This document shows positions 26,601-41,654 of a stretch of DNA of 64,000 nt, in pieces (position 1 is the first letter of the stretch; each line of letters opens with the position of its first letter). Made by a program: the position numbers and the translations under genes. Source of the DNA: Octopus vulgaris (lineage: Eukaryota); assembly GCA_951406725.2 (NCBI GenBank), contig OX597825.1, positions 82,522,001 through 82,586,000 on the forward strand. The letters are read 5' to 3'. Under the pieces are notes generated by a model. That model ran no database searches and was not told the DNA's origin. It saw nothing but the letters and a program-made list of their open reading frames with translations.

Positions 26601-28451
26601 CCACGTTTTGTTTGTACTAATCCAGGCGTGCTATCTAAAATGTAGTTATCCCTGATCACAATTTACTAATAGGAACTGTGGAAATTTCACAGAAGGAAAA
26701 AAGATTAAGAGAACTATTTAAGAAAGAAATAGCTCCAGTCACAATAATATATTATATGATTTTAAGATTTATCGCCTTTGAACTCTTTATATCTCTCTCT
26801 ATCTCTCTATTTAAGCATGTAATGTACCCCTTCATTTCTTTAACATCTCTCTCTTTCTCGTCACCTTTCCCTCCCTACCCTTGCAGCATGTCATCAACAC
26901 TTCTCTCTCCCACTTTTCTCTCACTGTCTTGGCTTTAGTGTAATATTATACTCCTCGTTTCTTTCTTCTCTACTCACATTTCTCTCCTTCTGCTATCTCA
27001 CGCTTACACAACCACCCACTCACTCCACCTCCACCTCCCTAACTAAAGCACAACGGGTGAACGAACAAGCAGATTATCATATAGATCTGAAAACTCATTC
27101 AGTAGATGGAATTTGATACCAAGCTGTTGCGGGTCTCCTTCGGTAGAACTCCACATGTAATTTCCATCACGGGAAAAAAACATTTCATACCTGACTCTGC
27201 TGCATGTTTATTCAAACTTTATATAACTGACATTACATTATTCAATACAACCTTACTTCTTTAGATGTTCAGATGCGAAATGACGAACACGGAGTTGTTA
27301 TTTCCGTTATTTCAAGCATTCCGAATATTTATATTGCATTCTCCTGTTTCTGTTATCGATGAAGTTGATCTATGCTCAATAATATTCCAGTCATGACCAT
27401 CAAGTCCTTTATCTATGCAAATTTCACAGCGGATCACCGTATTTAATGTCACTGCTGTTCTAAGGTTGCGGGGTGTGACTTCTGGAAAAGTTGGTTGATG
27501 CTTCTAACAGTTAGAGCGACTGATCTTATTTTCTACGTCTCATGATATCGTATGTAGATGTATTTATAGTGTAATAACTAATATCCGTTGCGTTATCAAG
27601 TAGTTATTGAGTTACACTTATATTGCATTTCCTCACAACCATGAAACGCATATATCTCTTTATCATATCCACTATCTACCTATATACTATCAACCTGTGT
27701 CCACACGCACATACATACACCACACACACACACACGCGCACAAACGCAGACACACACATACACACACACACATAAACTGTGTGTAGTGTGTTAACGTGTT
27801 ATGTGGACATATATGTATATTTATGTATACGTAAATAAATATATATAAATATATATTTACGTATGGATATTACTCTATGAAAAGATAAACGTTGGAGTTC
27901 GTTACTTCATAAGAATTCATAAATAACTTATTTTCTATAAATGTAATCAACGGAGTGTTGCCAAAATCACATCAATCCTTTATTGTGAAGTAAATTTGAA
28001 AGTAATGACTTCATGTAATAAAATATAATTCATGACAAATGGAATGTCCTAGTAGCCATTTTGTTTCCATAATTCAATACTTCCCATTGTGTATGTTATT
28101 TAGTACCATGTCAAATTTGGTTCTATAGACCTTTTCTTACAAAACACTCCTACCTACCATTTTCTCGACATTGTGTTGGCTGTAATATGTTCGAATATGT
28201 TATCTTATGTGTCCTTCATTGTCAAAGACGACAGGTATGACAACAGGGTGATTTGACTGTTGTTTCTGGAAGCCCCAGTGACAATGGTGAGGCATGTTTT
28301 GGTCCTGGAATATATTGACATTTAAGACCAATGAGAATATTCAGCAGATTGTAAATATTACTTAGCAGTTTGAATGACAGCATTATATATATATCTATAC
28401 GTGTCTGTCTGTTTGTCTCTCTTCTTGTCGGTCTGTGTGTCTACCTGTGAG

Positions 28452-28515
<64 letters not shown>

Positions 28516-28562
28516 CCTATATACCTATCTATCTATCTATCTATCTATCCATCTATCTATCT
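28452..28562. repeat. (ATCT)n microsatellite
   Basis: Directly visible. Confidence 0.95.
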
Positions 28563-31500
28563 ATGTTTGTGCTTATCTGCCAGACTGTCTACCCGTCTCT
28601 ATTACGCTGTGGGAATATGCCCCATCTATTGTAAGATATAAGCCAGAATCAAATGTAGACCAATATTAAAAATTACTGATTTACCTCCTCTTTACTGAAA
28701 AAAACCCCACCTTAGCTACCAATTATCCCGCCTAGAAAAACAAAATATCTAATTCAGAATTGCATCCAAAACTCAAATTTCGAAAAGCGATAGCGAAACC
28801 GTTTATCATGTTGGAAGGAAAGAATCTTATTGTATACAATGTTTTATAATACTTTTGCTATTATGATTCTAATATATTCTTTAGTCTTGTAAAACAAATC
28901 TTCTACCTTTTTTCATCTTAGTTCTTTCCTTATGTATCCAAGCACGTAATCACCAACCATACTTTCTACATATATATATATATATTTGATACTTATAATC
29001 TGTATATTTTTGTAAAACTTATAAGGAGCACATATCAGAGTAAATGTTTAATTATTCCATCTGTAACAATTTGACATCTAAATGGATATGGAATTAAACT
29101 GTGGATGATAGTAAAATTATTATTTGGTATTTAGTTCATCATTTGGCACATTTGGATTGATCAGCACTTTATAAGTTAACCAAAAATTGAAACTATTTGA
29201 CGAGAGATATTAGACGAATACCTCAATATCAGTGATTGATTTATATTTTATGCTATCGATCGTAGAAGGGTTAAAGACAAAGGCGACACGACTCGGATTT
29301 GAACTCAGTATATAAAGAGCCAGTTATGCAAGGAATTTTCTCGAACACTGAAACCCTGACAACCCCACCAATACACCAGGTTTTGTTTAATTTTACAAAG
29401 AAAAGGGGGCCAATGTTATTACCTTTATGTTATTGCTCGACTTGATAAAGATAGCAGTAATGCTCCGACGTATCAGACTTTTTACCTTTTTTCAAACATT
29501 AAACTCACTGCAAGGTGTAATCTCAGTTAGCTGTCAAAAGACAAGGAGGATATCCATAGATGGAAACACCTTTGATCAGGTCTTCATTATGAATCACCTG
29601 GGAATTAAGATAAGAGCTAAAAATAACAATTTCAAAAACAAAAAAATGTTTAATGGGAGATAACGGAATACATTTGTGTTAAAGAATGCATTAATATGAG
29701 CTATATGTCAATGTAAATGTACCTGTGTCGTGAAATATACACGTTGTGTTGGTGTTTTTTTTTACGGCATAAAACTACTGCGTTTTTATTAAAACTGAAA
29801 TAAACAGCGAATATAATAGTGACGTAAATATGATTTTAATAAAATAATATTACAACTTGGAAATATGATGATAATCGAAGCTAGAAAAACAAATATTAAC
29901 AGAACCATTGAAAGCTACGAGAGATCATTTCAAAGAACGAAGCGATCAATAACTCATCTTTTCAAGTTGACCTGATGTATATTGTGTTAAGTACATGAGG
30001 CAGGAGGCAGAATAAATTTACATTTCATAACAGGTTTGCTTAGTTTACATCATGACACATTCGCTTTCGTTTTGTCCACAAGCTAGAATGCTAATCGACA
30101 TTAACAATCTCCTTTGAATATTCACTAATGTTCCGAGCTTCCTCAATTTAGAAGGTGAAGATTAAACAAAACGTAGCTATATTTGTATCTTTATTGGTAA
30201 TATCGGTTAGGAATATCGAGTGCGGCAAGTTAAAGCAAATATTTTCGTTTGTACTTTTGTAAATGAGCGGAAATATGTTGGTTTCCAAACTTAACCGCCA
30301 TATTTGATACTTTGAATTTGGGTGTTTGTTACACACGAACAAATATGTAAAGAAATATCCCAGAGAAGACATTTCCTGTTCATTCTTTTATACATGGACA
30401 CACGTACACACTGATCTGATACACACACATACAAACATACATATAGACTCTAACATACAGAAATATAACTGTATATCCATATTCTAAACGTTATGACGGA
30501 ATCACTGGTGACTGTGTAACGATTTCTTTTCTCTAACTGAAAGAGTTAAAAACAACTTAAAAACAAAAGAACAGCGTAAAAAAAAATTCTCAACCAAACA
30601 AACAGTAAACCAAACAAAACTAATGATGGTTTCACTTGGTAAACAATAAGCAAAACCCAGGCTGTAATATTATTTGGCTGTACTGGTTGTGTGTCATTTC
30701 TGTATCACAACATACACTAATACTGTGTGGGTGGTTTTTAAGTAAGCAGCACATATCTATTTATATTTCATTTCACTTTCTTACCTGTCAATGTGTAAGG
30801 CCAGGTAGTTGAGGTGTTTGACTTGTGAACATAAACTCATGAGTTCAATTCCTTCTTCAGTCGACAAATTTTATATTTGAACAAGACACTTCATTTTACT
30901 TAGAAATAGTCTATTTTGTGATAAACTCTATCAACACAGAGATAGAATAGCACCCTTCTCTCACTCTGTCTCACTCTCTCTCTCTCTTGCTCCCTGTCTT
31001 TTTCTCTCTATCTTTCTGTATTTCTCTGTGTCTATCTCTCATTTCTCAGCTGCCCCATCCTGAATCATGCAATGGATTGAGTCAGATTTGAGCATTCGGG
31101 TCCTGACAGTACGACCGCGACCACATAGGTATTGGCATCACTTAGCGAAAGTATACTACATATTACCCAGTCATATATCATTCTGAGTAATTGTTAACTG
31201 TGACTTCGTATCTAAGATGCCCACAGTTGATTCATTGCTCCATGTGCAGCAATAATTAATCCAGATTATCGACCAAGTATCCTTTATCAGTTTTGCCATT
31301 CCACTTTACCATCCCCTGTGACTTTCAGAACCTTTTTCTGCGTATTTAGGTCCCACTTCGTTAACCTGGGTTCTACTCCATTGTGCCCTCTCTCTCTCTC
31401 AACACGATCTAAATTGTGACTGAAAAAATAACGAATGGACGGACAAACGAAACAAAACAACGAACGACCGAACCAAGAAATCAATAAGGAAACCAACCAA

Positions 31501-32024
31501 ACAACCAACTAAAGGACAGTTATATCGGTAATTATTATACAGAAAAACATATATATAGAAACACGGGCAGAATATATTATGTAAAATGTGACTAAAATAT
31601 GCACAAAATATTAAAGTTTGTAAATTGTAAACATGTACGTAAACAATGTAAGCTCGGATTTCTCCATCAATACTGCAAATGAAATTCAAAAATATTATTT
31701 AAAATTTTAGAAAAGGAATTATATTTCTCAAATATCGATTGTAAGAATTTCTAAACAAATGTCAAACAAACAAGCAGACGCTTCAGTTCGTTTCTATACA
31801 CCAGGGGGCGAACATAGTTCGTAACAGTAAATTTTGTGCATATTTTGTATTCATAATCAGGAAACGTATTTCCTTCGTGCGTTTCTTTGGAATTCTGAGA
31901 TGGCCTCAATCTTCATGTTAGATTTCAATCGATACGCCCTATTCAATGCTATTTATATGTGAAAACCATTTTTTTCAGTGACTTGGAATTGCTGAGAAAA
32001 TATTGAACACCCAGCGAGAGACAC

Positions 32025-32100
<76 letters not shown>

Positions 32101-32217
32101 AGCTCAGAGGTGTGGCACTTCCTCAACATAAAGAGGATATTTTAATGTGATTTTTTGTGATCTACGAATACCTTTTTGTAATTTGTTTTGCAGATACCCA
32201 TAAATTGAAGACCGACT

Positions 32218-32283
32218 AGCGGGCCGGATTCCAAGGCGTCGTGGACCGGATCCGGTCCGCGGGCCTGACGTTGGGTAGCACTG
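32218..32283. mobile_element. hAT/Charlie-like terminal fragment
   Basis: GCGGGCCGGAT...GGTCCGCGGGCC...GGGTAGCACTG has the GC-rich subterminal motif and CAG-type end of hAT MITEs. Only one end seen. Confidence 0.55.
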
Positions 32284-32973
32284 CACTACAACAATAGCAA
32301 ACGATACAGCAGCAACGGTATCAGGTGCCTCGACATGAACCTACAGCCATTCTGATTGATTTAATTCAATTACTCGTGCTGAGTAGTGAAAAGAAACTAT
32401 TTTCTTCACACTCGTTCTACTTTTCTAGTTATTCAACGAGGTTTATTTTCACATATTTCTCTTTGACTTATCGCGTCATGTATTACAGAATTAACCGATG
32501 ACAATTCATGCCATGTTTCGTATTTGATACATTATATATTTGTACACTAATACTATTGTATCATTAACGTATATTGTTATATTCAATTAATTCTCAATAA
32601 TTATGAAATTGATTTATGAAAATGCATTTATATGTTTCTTTTAGCAAATATAAAGCTCAATGAAATATCCTCGCTTATCTCAATTCTTTCGATGTAATTC
32701 TCTCATTTGTCTCCGGTTGATTATTTCTGGCATGGCACAGTTTCTTTCCTCACAGTTTCACACATACTCTACTTCCTACAACATTACATTCTAAATTCAC
32801 GTGTTTTTCTATTTTATAGCAATAAAATATGTCAATTTTATACAAAGATCCCGCATTTCGATGACGTGTGTTGAGCATGATTGTTGAGTTGATGAATGCA
32901 AGGCGAAACATGTCTACATAAATTTCTTGGCGATTTATAAACCTCGTGTATTTGAATTAGCGGAACCACTTAC

Positions 32974-32995
32974 ACGGCCAGTCGAGGCCGGACAT
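32974..32995 (-). CDS. Candidate first coding exon (MSGLDWP + 1 nt)
   Basis: acaATG context and consensus donor |GTAAGT. Phase 1 is compatible with exon 3478-3642. Unique, relatively GC-rich sequence upstream (to about 33190). Linkage over about 29 kb is only inferred. Confidence 0.25.
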
Positions 32996-33259
32996 TGTAT
33001 GATGAGAATATATGGCAACAACTGGCAGAAGTCGAGTAGTGATAACTATAATAGATTGAATCCGGAGAACAAACGATATCGACTGCTGTGATTCGAATGC
33101 AATCGTTGCCAATCTTTTTAACTTCGAAGCGAAATTCCGACCAAATAAACAAGATCCATCCTTCCCGCTAAAATCCTGGCGCTCCTCGATTGCAAATTAA
33201 AAAGAAATGAATTATATTAAATTAAGACAGTATAGAAAACAAACACTTCGTTTTATAAC

Positions 33260-33308
<49 letters not shown>

Positions 33309-33519
33309 CGCAAACGCACGCGTTTGTGATTGTAATAACACGATGAATAATATATGTTTTGAGACGGTCCTGCATCCATTTGGAATTGTAGCAAACCGTA
33401 ACTTCATTATTTGTAAAATATTCGCCGTGTAATACAAAATACAAGGGAGGTCTGCTACGGGTAATACATATATTCGGGATGAAAATATACATGAAACACG
33501 GATATTTATACTTTCAACT

Positions 33520-33840
33520 CTAGGCACAAGGCACAAAATGTTAGGGAAGGGAACCAGTCGATTAGATCGAACCCAGTACGCAACTGGTACTTAATTTATC
33601 GACCCCAAAAGGATGAAAGACAAAGTCGACCTCGGCGGAATTTGAACTTAGAACGTAAAGACAGACGAAATATCTATTTCTTTACTACCCACAAGGGGCT
33701 AAACACAGAGAGGACAAACAGGGACAGATAAACGGATTAATTCGGTTACATCGACCCTAGTGCGTAACTGGTACTTAATTTATCGACCCCGAAAGGATGA
33801 AAGGCAAAGTCGACCTCGGCGGAATTTGAACTCAGAACGT
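33520..33840 (-). mobile_element. SINE A, 5'-truncated, duplicated body
   Basis: Two body modules. Confidence 0.85.
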
Positions 33841-33949
33841 TATTTTTATTTATGTGAGCAAAGCTTTGATAAGCTAAACTTAAATAGTTAGACACGCTCT
33901 AAACAGCGTTGATGGAATACAGATATCGTTCAACTTTTACTTCTTCCAG

Positions 33950-34318
33950 TCACTAGATTGCGGCCATACTGGAGCACAACTTTGAAGAATTTTTAGTCGA
34001 AAATATCAACTCCAGTTTTCAATATTTTCATAAACCTGGTACTTATTCTATCACTCTCTTTTACCGAATAGCTAAGCTACAGGGACGTAAACACACTAAG
34101 ACCGGTTGTAAAGCGGAGGTAGGGAACATACAGATACAAGAAACATACAGACATACGACGGGCTTCTTTCCGTTTTCGTCTACGAAAATCCACTCAGAAG
34201 ACTTTCTTTGGCCAGAGGCTATAGTAGAAGGCACATGGTCAAGGTGCCACGAAGCGGGATTGAGCCGGGAACCATGTGATTGGGAAGCAAACATCTTACC
34301 ACACAGCCATGCCTGCTC
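33950..34318 (-). mobile_element. SINE B, diverged full-length copy
   Basis: Reverse complement of both halves of family B. Confidence 0.8.
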
Positions 34319-34417
34319 CTATCAGATACGTACAGTCGTATTGAACAGGTTTGTAAACACACGGATGTGGAAGTATATAAGCTGCGCAAATTGTTTGTAG
34401 AGAAACAAAGAAATCCT

Positions 34418-34569
34418 CAGGTGTGGCTGTGTATTATTACGTTTGCTTCCCAAGCACATGGTTCTAGGTTCAGTCTCACTGCATAATACCTTGGATTAGT
34501 ATCTTCTATCATATACCCGGGCCGACGAAAGGCCTGTGGCACAGAAACTGAAGGAAGCCCCACCGTGTA

Positions 34570-34650
<81 letters not shown>

Positions 34651-34703
34651 GTCTGTGTGTTTATATGTCTATCTGTCTCTCTGTCTGTCTATCTATCTGT
34701 CTG

Positions 34704-34790
<87 letters not shown>

Positions 34791-35050
34791 GTGTGTATGT
34801 ATTGTGTGTGTGTGTCTGTATGTGCGTATTTGTCTGTGTGTATGCGCCTTTGTTTTCTATATTTGTCTCCTGACAAACTTTTGACATCAGATGTTGTTTA
34901 TGTTTACATCTCCGTAACTTAGTGTTTCAGCAACACCGACCGATAGAATAAGTCCCAGGTTTCAAAAATATAAGAACTCGGTCAATACGCTCGACTAAAA
35001 TTCTTAAAGCCCCTTCTCTAGCATGGTCGCAATCCAATGACTCACGCAAG
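34418..35050 (+). mobile_element. SINE B expanded by an internal (ATCT)n tract
   Basis: 5' half at 34418-34565, microsatellite at about 34570-34840, 3' half to about 35050. Confidence 0.7.
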
Positions 35051-35447
35051 CAAAACATAAAACAATCCATATCCATTGTCTTTATGATATCCCAACGTAT
35101 TTGATGATATATCAAAATAAAAATGTAAAATATTCAGTGTCGCCATCTATAAATGACCTGCAAGTAATTATATTATCGATGAAAGTTTTATTGATTAAAT
35201 TTGTGTCTTGATTGAAGTTTTATTATCAAGGAATCGTACATTCGTTAGTGTTAGCTTGCGTTAATTTTACCAGAACCGCATCAAATTAAATAACGCCTAC
35301 ATTTGTACCGAATGCTTCACCGAATATCAAAGTCGTTCAAAGATTTTCACGGCAAAACCTGATGATAATCCCATTCTATTATTCTTATAATTGTTTTTGA
35401 CACTGTAGAGTTATTTATCATTTTGCAATATATACATACATACATAC

Positions 35448-35496
<49 letters not shown>

Positions 35497-35501
35497 CATA
35501 C

Positions 35502-35551
<50 letters not shown>

Positions 35552-36093
35552 TTTATTTAAAGCAGCAGAAAATTCAACAAACATATATATATATGTATAT
35601 ATGTATACATCCATCATTCTTTGCTTTGAAATAGTATTTCGTTGGAATATATTTAAAATTTTAATGCATTAATTATAGATATAATAAATACTTCATCACA
35701 TCTGTCCACAATGTGTTATATATAATACATATTTGCCACGAACTTATGATGTTCAATTAACAATTATTAATATACTAACGAATCAGTGTGTATGTTTTTA
35801 ATTTTAAATTAATGAGCATGACAGAATAATAGAAACACTAAGCAAAGCGAACGGTAGGTGATATTGTGTTATATTTTAATTAAAATAATCACCATGTACG
35901 AAGGTGTGAATTTGTAAACATGACAAGTTGAGGCTTTGGATTAGTATCAATGTTTGGCAACCGGAATCGATAATTAAGATACAGGTAGATCTAGTCACGT
36001 ATATGCATATTCAAATACATATATACGTATACATATCTCAGTTATATATTTCATACATAACACACACATATGCATACATATATGCATACATAA

Positions 36094-36478
<385 letters not shown>

Positions 36479-36799
36479 TTGAAGTGGCAACCCGAAAAGG
36501 ACAAAGCGCAGCCCCTCATCCACGCTACAAAGCTCAGCTAATGTCAACTCTGAATGAGACGAGGTTCGATCCCCTGGCTTTTGAGACGACAGTAACCAAC
36601 AGTTTCGACCACCGACAACACATAACCAATAATGTAATACTGCTTGAAAGAGAAGGAATAAGATAGGTGTAGAGACAACGGCAGCAGAAGGCCAGGCATG
36701 AGCAACTACGACTGTCTCCGACATTAATATGTGTCCTAAGCATTCAATGCCTACAAATTCCAGACCCCGTACCGAAAGAATTATTATAAAACTCTAAAT

Positions 36800-37950
36800 A
36801 ACGAGCGAATTGTTGCTTTGGACACAATTCTTCAGAGTATTTCTTCCTGATGTTTTTACGTTCTGAGTTCGAATATGGCTGAGGTCAGCTTTGCCTTTCA
36901 GCATCTGGGGGTCGACATAATAAAGTACGAGGCAGCAACTAGTGTCGATGGTACCCGCCCACCAAAGTCTTCGGCGTTTGAAAGAATTATCGTAATTCCT
37001 GATATTCTTAGTTATTATTCTGTGGGAATCTCGCGAAGTCAACTGAGTTTGAAATGAGACTCGTTTCAGATTAAATATAAAGTGAAGTGCAGAAAAGAAA
37101 CATTGATCATCTCTAAAGAAACTTGGCGAGCTGGCAGAAACGTTAGCACTCCGGGCGGGATGCTTAGCGGTATTTCGTCTGCCGCTACGTTCTGAGTTCA
37201 AATTCCGCCGAGGTCGACTTTGCCTTTCATCCTTTCGGAGTCGATTAAATAAGTACCAGTTACGCACTGGGGTCGATGCAATCGACTTAATTCGTTTGTC
37301 TGTCCTTGTTTGTCCTCTATGTGTTTAGCCCCTTGTGGGTAGTAAACAAAAAGGTATCTTAGTACATCTCCTTAGAGTAATCCCCAGTATCTCATAGATA
37401 TTAGGTCTTTCTCAGAACATGGTATATCAGCGGCATTGAACTGATATTTCCTTTATTCAGGGAAAATGTTCGCCATGAGAAATTTTACATGAACGTTGAT
37501 GCTAGATTCTAAATATCGGTCCACAAATGTCCTGAGACAGCTAGCATAATAGATAAGGCGGCGAGCTAGCAGGAACGTTAGCACGCCGGGTGAAATACGT
37601 AGCCGTATTTCGTCTGCCGTTACGTTCTGAGTTCAAATTCTGCCGAGGTCGACTTTGCCTTTCATCCTTTCGGGGTCGATAAATTAAGTACCAGTTACGC
37701 ACTGGGGTCTATGTAATCGACTTAATCCATTTGTCTGTCCTTGCTTGTTCCCTCTACGTTTAGTCTCCTTGTGGGTAGTAAAGAAACAGTTATTTCGTTT
37801 GTCTTTACATTATGAGTTCAAATTCCGTCGAGGTCGACTTTGCCTTTAACCTTTCGGGGTCGATAAATTAAGTACCAATTACGCACTGGGGTCGATGTCT
37901 GTCCTTGTTTGTCCCCTCTGTGTTTAGCCCCTTGTGGGTAGTAAAGAAAT
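36800..37950 (+). mobile_element. Three SINE A copies (36800-36990, 37125-37355, 37557-37950)
   Basis: Heads GGCGAGCTGGCAGAAACG and GGCGGCGAGCTAGCAGG. The last copy has a duplicated body. Confidence 0.85.
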
Positions 37951-38646
37951 GTATATAATATGTGTTATAGACAGCAAATAGAATCTTATTTGTTGAAGAT
38001 TATAAACAGTATAAATGTGAACGCACAGATCTACGAAGGAAAATCAATCAAACATCCATCATTAGTGAATACTCAAAGGTATTAGGATAGCATCTCCTTT
38101 ATTTAAGAAAAAAATAAAAGAACAGTGCGGCTTGATTTACATAGGATTTCATTTCTATTTGTAGCAGATCAGACAGGCGAGGGTTGGCCTGCTAAACCAT
38201 GTTGATTGACTATTTTGTTCAGTACAGTGCAAAACGTCATGAATGCATAATTGCTAGAAACAGATATACGTATAAATTCTATTCAATAAAAAAAGTTCAC
38301 GATACGTAATAACACTGCGCTGGACGTCTCTCGCTTTGCGGTGATAACACAATTAGCACCAGAGACAGTTTGTATAAGCAGCTCTGGACTTTCATCACCT
38401 GCCACACTTTTCGACAATTCATTATGTAAAGCATTTCACAAATGACCGACTATTATCAGCAACACGTCTACAACCGATATCACTTTTCACTGACAATGCA
38501 AATTGTCTTGCTAAAGAGATGGTATGCAATGGCGTATGTGCAACACTAAAATTTTGTACCAATATAACAAGTTTTTACATACATACATACATGCATAATA
38601 CATACATTCATACATACATGCAAACAAACAAACACACAAACATATA

Positions 38647-39705
38647 TACAGGTTGGGATGGGTAAATTGTCAACATTTTATATTTTATATTTCGCGCATG
38701 CGCATAATTTGTTTTTGAATTCGTCGACTACACAGAAGAGTAGGGTCAATTGGGCACCGTCTGTGAGAAACACAGCACCACTATCATCATCATCATTGTT
38801 CGACCGTGGTCGAGACAATGGAATTTACCATGCTACACCAGACTTCACGGTCCATCATGGCATTACGGAGGTCCTGTTGCTGGATGCCTGTATCCCTGGA
38901 GATTACATCAGGGTAGGAGAGTGGGTGTTTGTTTGGTGTTGCTTGGTTGGGAGCTGACTCTTCTCCAGCAGGTGATACCCGTCTGTTAAGATTGAGGCTA
39001 TCACCGTCAACGGATGTCCATGGAGGTGCAACGTGATCAGAGACAGGACCCGGCAAAGCAGGGGCTGGACCTACATCCGTAGGTATACCATTAGGTCTGG
39101 TTCCCTGGGGAAGAGGAACCCTAGTGTAGTTAATTGTAAATTCCATAGTCTTTTCAAATAGCTAATAATGTGTGCGCCATGATGCAATCCACCCTTCCAG
39201 AAATTTGGAAACGACGTGCTGCACTGCTTGGTATTCTCACATGAAGCACCAAATACGAACATTTCTGAGTGTCTGAGTGTCAATATTAGGACAGTGCAAT
39301 CTGATGATATGCACCGAGAGTGATAAAAATGTCTGAGTGTCAGCCATCAGCATCATGGTCATTGGAGTGATCACTTGTGATGGCGACATTATGCCTCCAT
39401 TCATCTTCCCACACATCAAGTGCCTGGAGCAGGTGGTGCTGCTCTATGTCGAGAGGGTGGTTGCTGGAAGACCCTATGTCTGGCAACAGGACTCTGTACC
39501 ATGCCACACAAGCAGGAGAATCCAGTCATGGCTGTTAGACAATTTCCGCGACATCATCACCCCGAACATTTTGACCACCTAACTCCCCACACTACAACCC
39601 CCATGGTTATTATTTGTGACGCGAAGTCGAGCGAGAGAAGAACAAAACCTCTTGTACACCAAAGGTAAACTGAAGGCAAGGATTATGGCAGCACGAACCA
39701 AGTTG
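38647..39705 (+). mobile_element. Internally deleted Tc1/mariner element, probably maT (DD37D) clade, interrupted by an RTE fragment
   Basis: TA|CAGGTTGGGATGGG left end. Transposase remnants from 39178 and GDIMPPFIF...YVWQQDSVPCHTSRRIQSWL..., followed by a frameshifted remnant of the WPPNSPD region. Confidence 0.75.
38783..39170 (-). mobile_element. RTE-clade LINE derivative
   Basis: LSYPDVISRDTGIQQQDLRNAMMDREVWCSMV matches the RTE C-terminus (A-x-DR-x-x-W), followed by a (TGA)n tail. Confidence 0.7.
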
Positions 39706-40539
39706 TTCATAATACATGACATACATAGACACATGGAAGAATACACATACATATACTGACACACACACACACACGCACACACACACACACATAGGAACGA
39801 ACAGATACATATGAAGGTACACGCATACACACAGGTACACACACAATCACTCATATACACATTCTCACAAATCCATACAAACTCTGAGTCGCACGCACCG
39901 ACGCACACGCATAAATACACACACACACACACACACACGCTTACGTACGCTAGCGCACACTCGCACAAATGTGATTTCTTTCTCAATAGCAAAGTCTTCT
40001 AAAGAAACGAAGAAATTTAGTTGAGATTCGAAAGAATATTTCAATAAACACTTTGCGTATAAAGAAACTCTCGTTGCTGTATGAATTCTGAATATGACAT
40101 TATACTCAATAATGTGAGAATTTGAATTTTCCTTGTCTAAATTATAAAACGGGTTTCTATGTATAATTGTTGTACTTGCTAGTAAATAATGCAATCAATA
40201 TATTATTGATTTAGAATTTCCGAATTCTAAACTTGTTTAGATATATTAATACGAGCAAAACGCCTCACCGTCCAATTAACGGTGCTGAGTTGTCAAACAT
40301 TTAAACTAGATTTTCTCAAAACAACTTGTCTAACCGTCCCATAGGTCTCCTCTTTGAGAAACACTGAGTAACCTAAATTTGAGACAGCAGCAAAAGAAGA
40401 AATAAAGATAGACTTTTTTCTATTACAAAGAAAACCGATTTTATTCACACAAATATGCAATCGAAGAGTTTATAGTACCAGTAAGTAAATCGCAACAGCT
40501 GTTGTATTTGCGCGTACAAATGCACGTTTCCACGGCTTT

Positions 40540-40707
40540 ATCACTCACATTCTCACCTCGAATCGATTTTTAAAATTTTTTCAAGACTTATACACGCCCT
40601 GATACCGTCGGTATCTACATATCAAATTTGAGCGCAATCGGATGGAGGATGCCCGAGATCCTAGAAGACACACACACAGACAGGCAGAACGTATTTTATA
40701 TAATAGA
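40540..40707 (-). mobile_element. Helitron-like 5' end
   Basis: Minus strand reads A|TCTATTATATAAAAT...CTGTCTGTG...CCGATTGCGCTCAAATTTG, typical of non-autonomous Helitron 5' termini. Confidence 0.55.
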
Positions 40708-40721
40708 TGTAACAATATTAA

Positions 40722-40945
40722 AGCGGTGAGCTGGCAGAATCGTTAGCGCGTAGGGTAAAATGCTTAGCGACATTTCGTCTGTCCATAGGTTTTGAGTTCG
40801 AATTCCACCGAGGTCGAATTTGTCTTTTATTCTTTCGGTATCAATAATATAAGTACCAGTTGAGCTCTGGGGTCGATGTAATCGATTTATACCCCCTTCC
40901 CCCAGAAATTACTGCCCTTGTACCAAAATTTGGAACCAATATATA
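40722..40945 (+). mobile_element. SINE A variant with an alternative 3' module
   Basis: Family A head followed by CCCCTTCCCCCAGAAATT...CCAAAATTTGGAACCAATAT. Confidence 0.8.
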
Positions 40946-41244
40946 CCAGTGTTTTGGAAATGAAGTAGATCTCGAACGCAGGGGAATAACTGAAAAGCAG
41001 ATTAGAGGATTGGATAAGATGCTCCTATAGAGAGGAAAAAAGTTTCCAGCAACGCTAGTGAGTATTGAACTCTGTTGCTGCTCGCTGGCCACTTTCCTCC
41101 TTCTCTAAGAACACTTCCTCCGATCCTCTAAGCTGTTTTTGCAGTTGTTTTTTGCTACGTTCCCGATTTCATTCACTTCTATAGTAATAAAATAATCGAC
41201 ACGAATATTTCTTCATAAAAATGTTCTCATAGTGATGAAATACA

Positions 41245-41280
<36 letters not shown>

Positions 41281-41291
41281 TGTATATACAT

Positions 41292-41353
<62 letters not shown>

Positions 41354-41497
41354 GCATCTACTTGCATCTACTAAAAACAAACAAATAAGTATGAATTATA
41401 GAAATATATACTGCGTGGAAAAAAGTATATATATATATGTATGTATACATACACATATATATATACATATATATATATATAAATATATATATGTATA

Positions 41498-41530
<33 letters not shown>

Positions 41531-41610
41531 TTATATATATATTATTTCTTAGCAAACTATGTTTCTCTCTACCTCTCTCTCTCTTCCCCCTCTCTCTCTC
41601 TCTCTGTATA

Positions 41611-41654
<44 letters not shown>

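Noticed and set aside
29508-29596. Minus-strand segment bounded by AG and GTGAGT
   Set aside because: Stops in all three frames, and it lies within a degenerate dispersed repeat.
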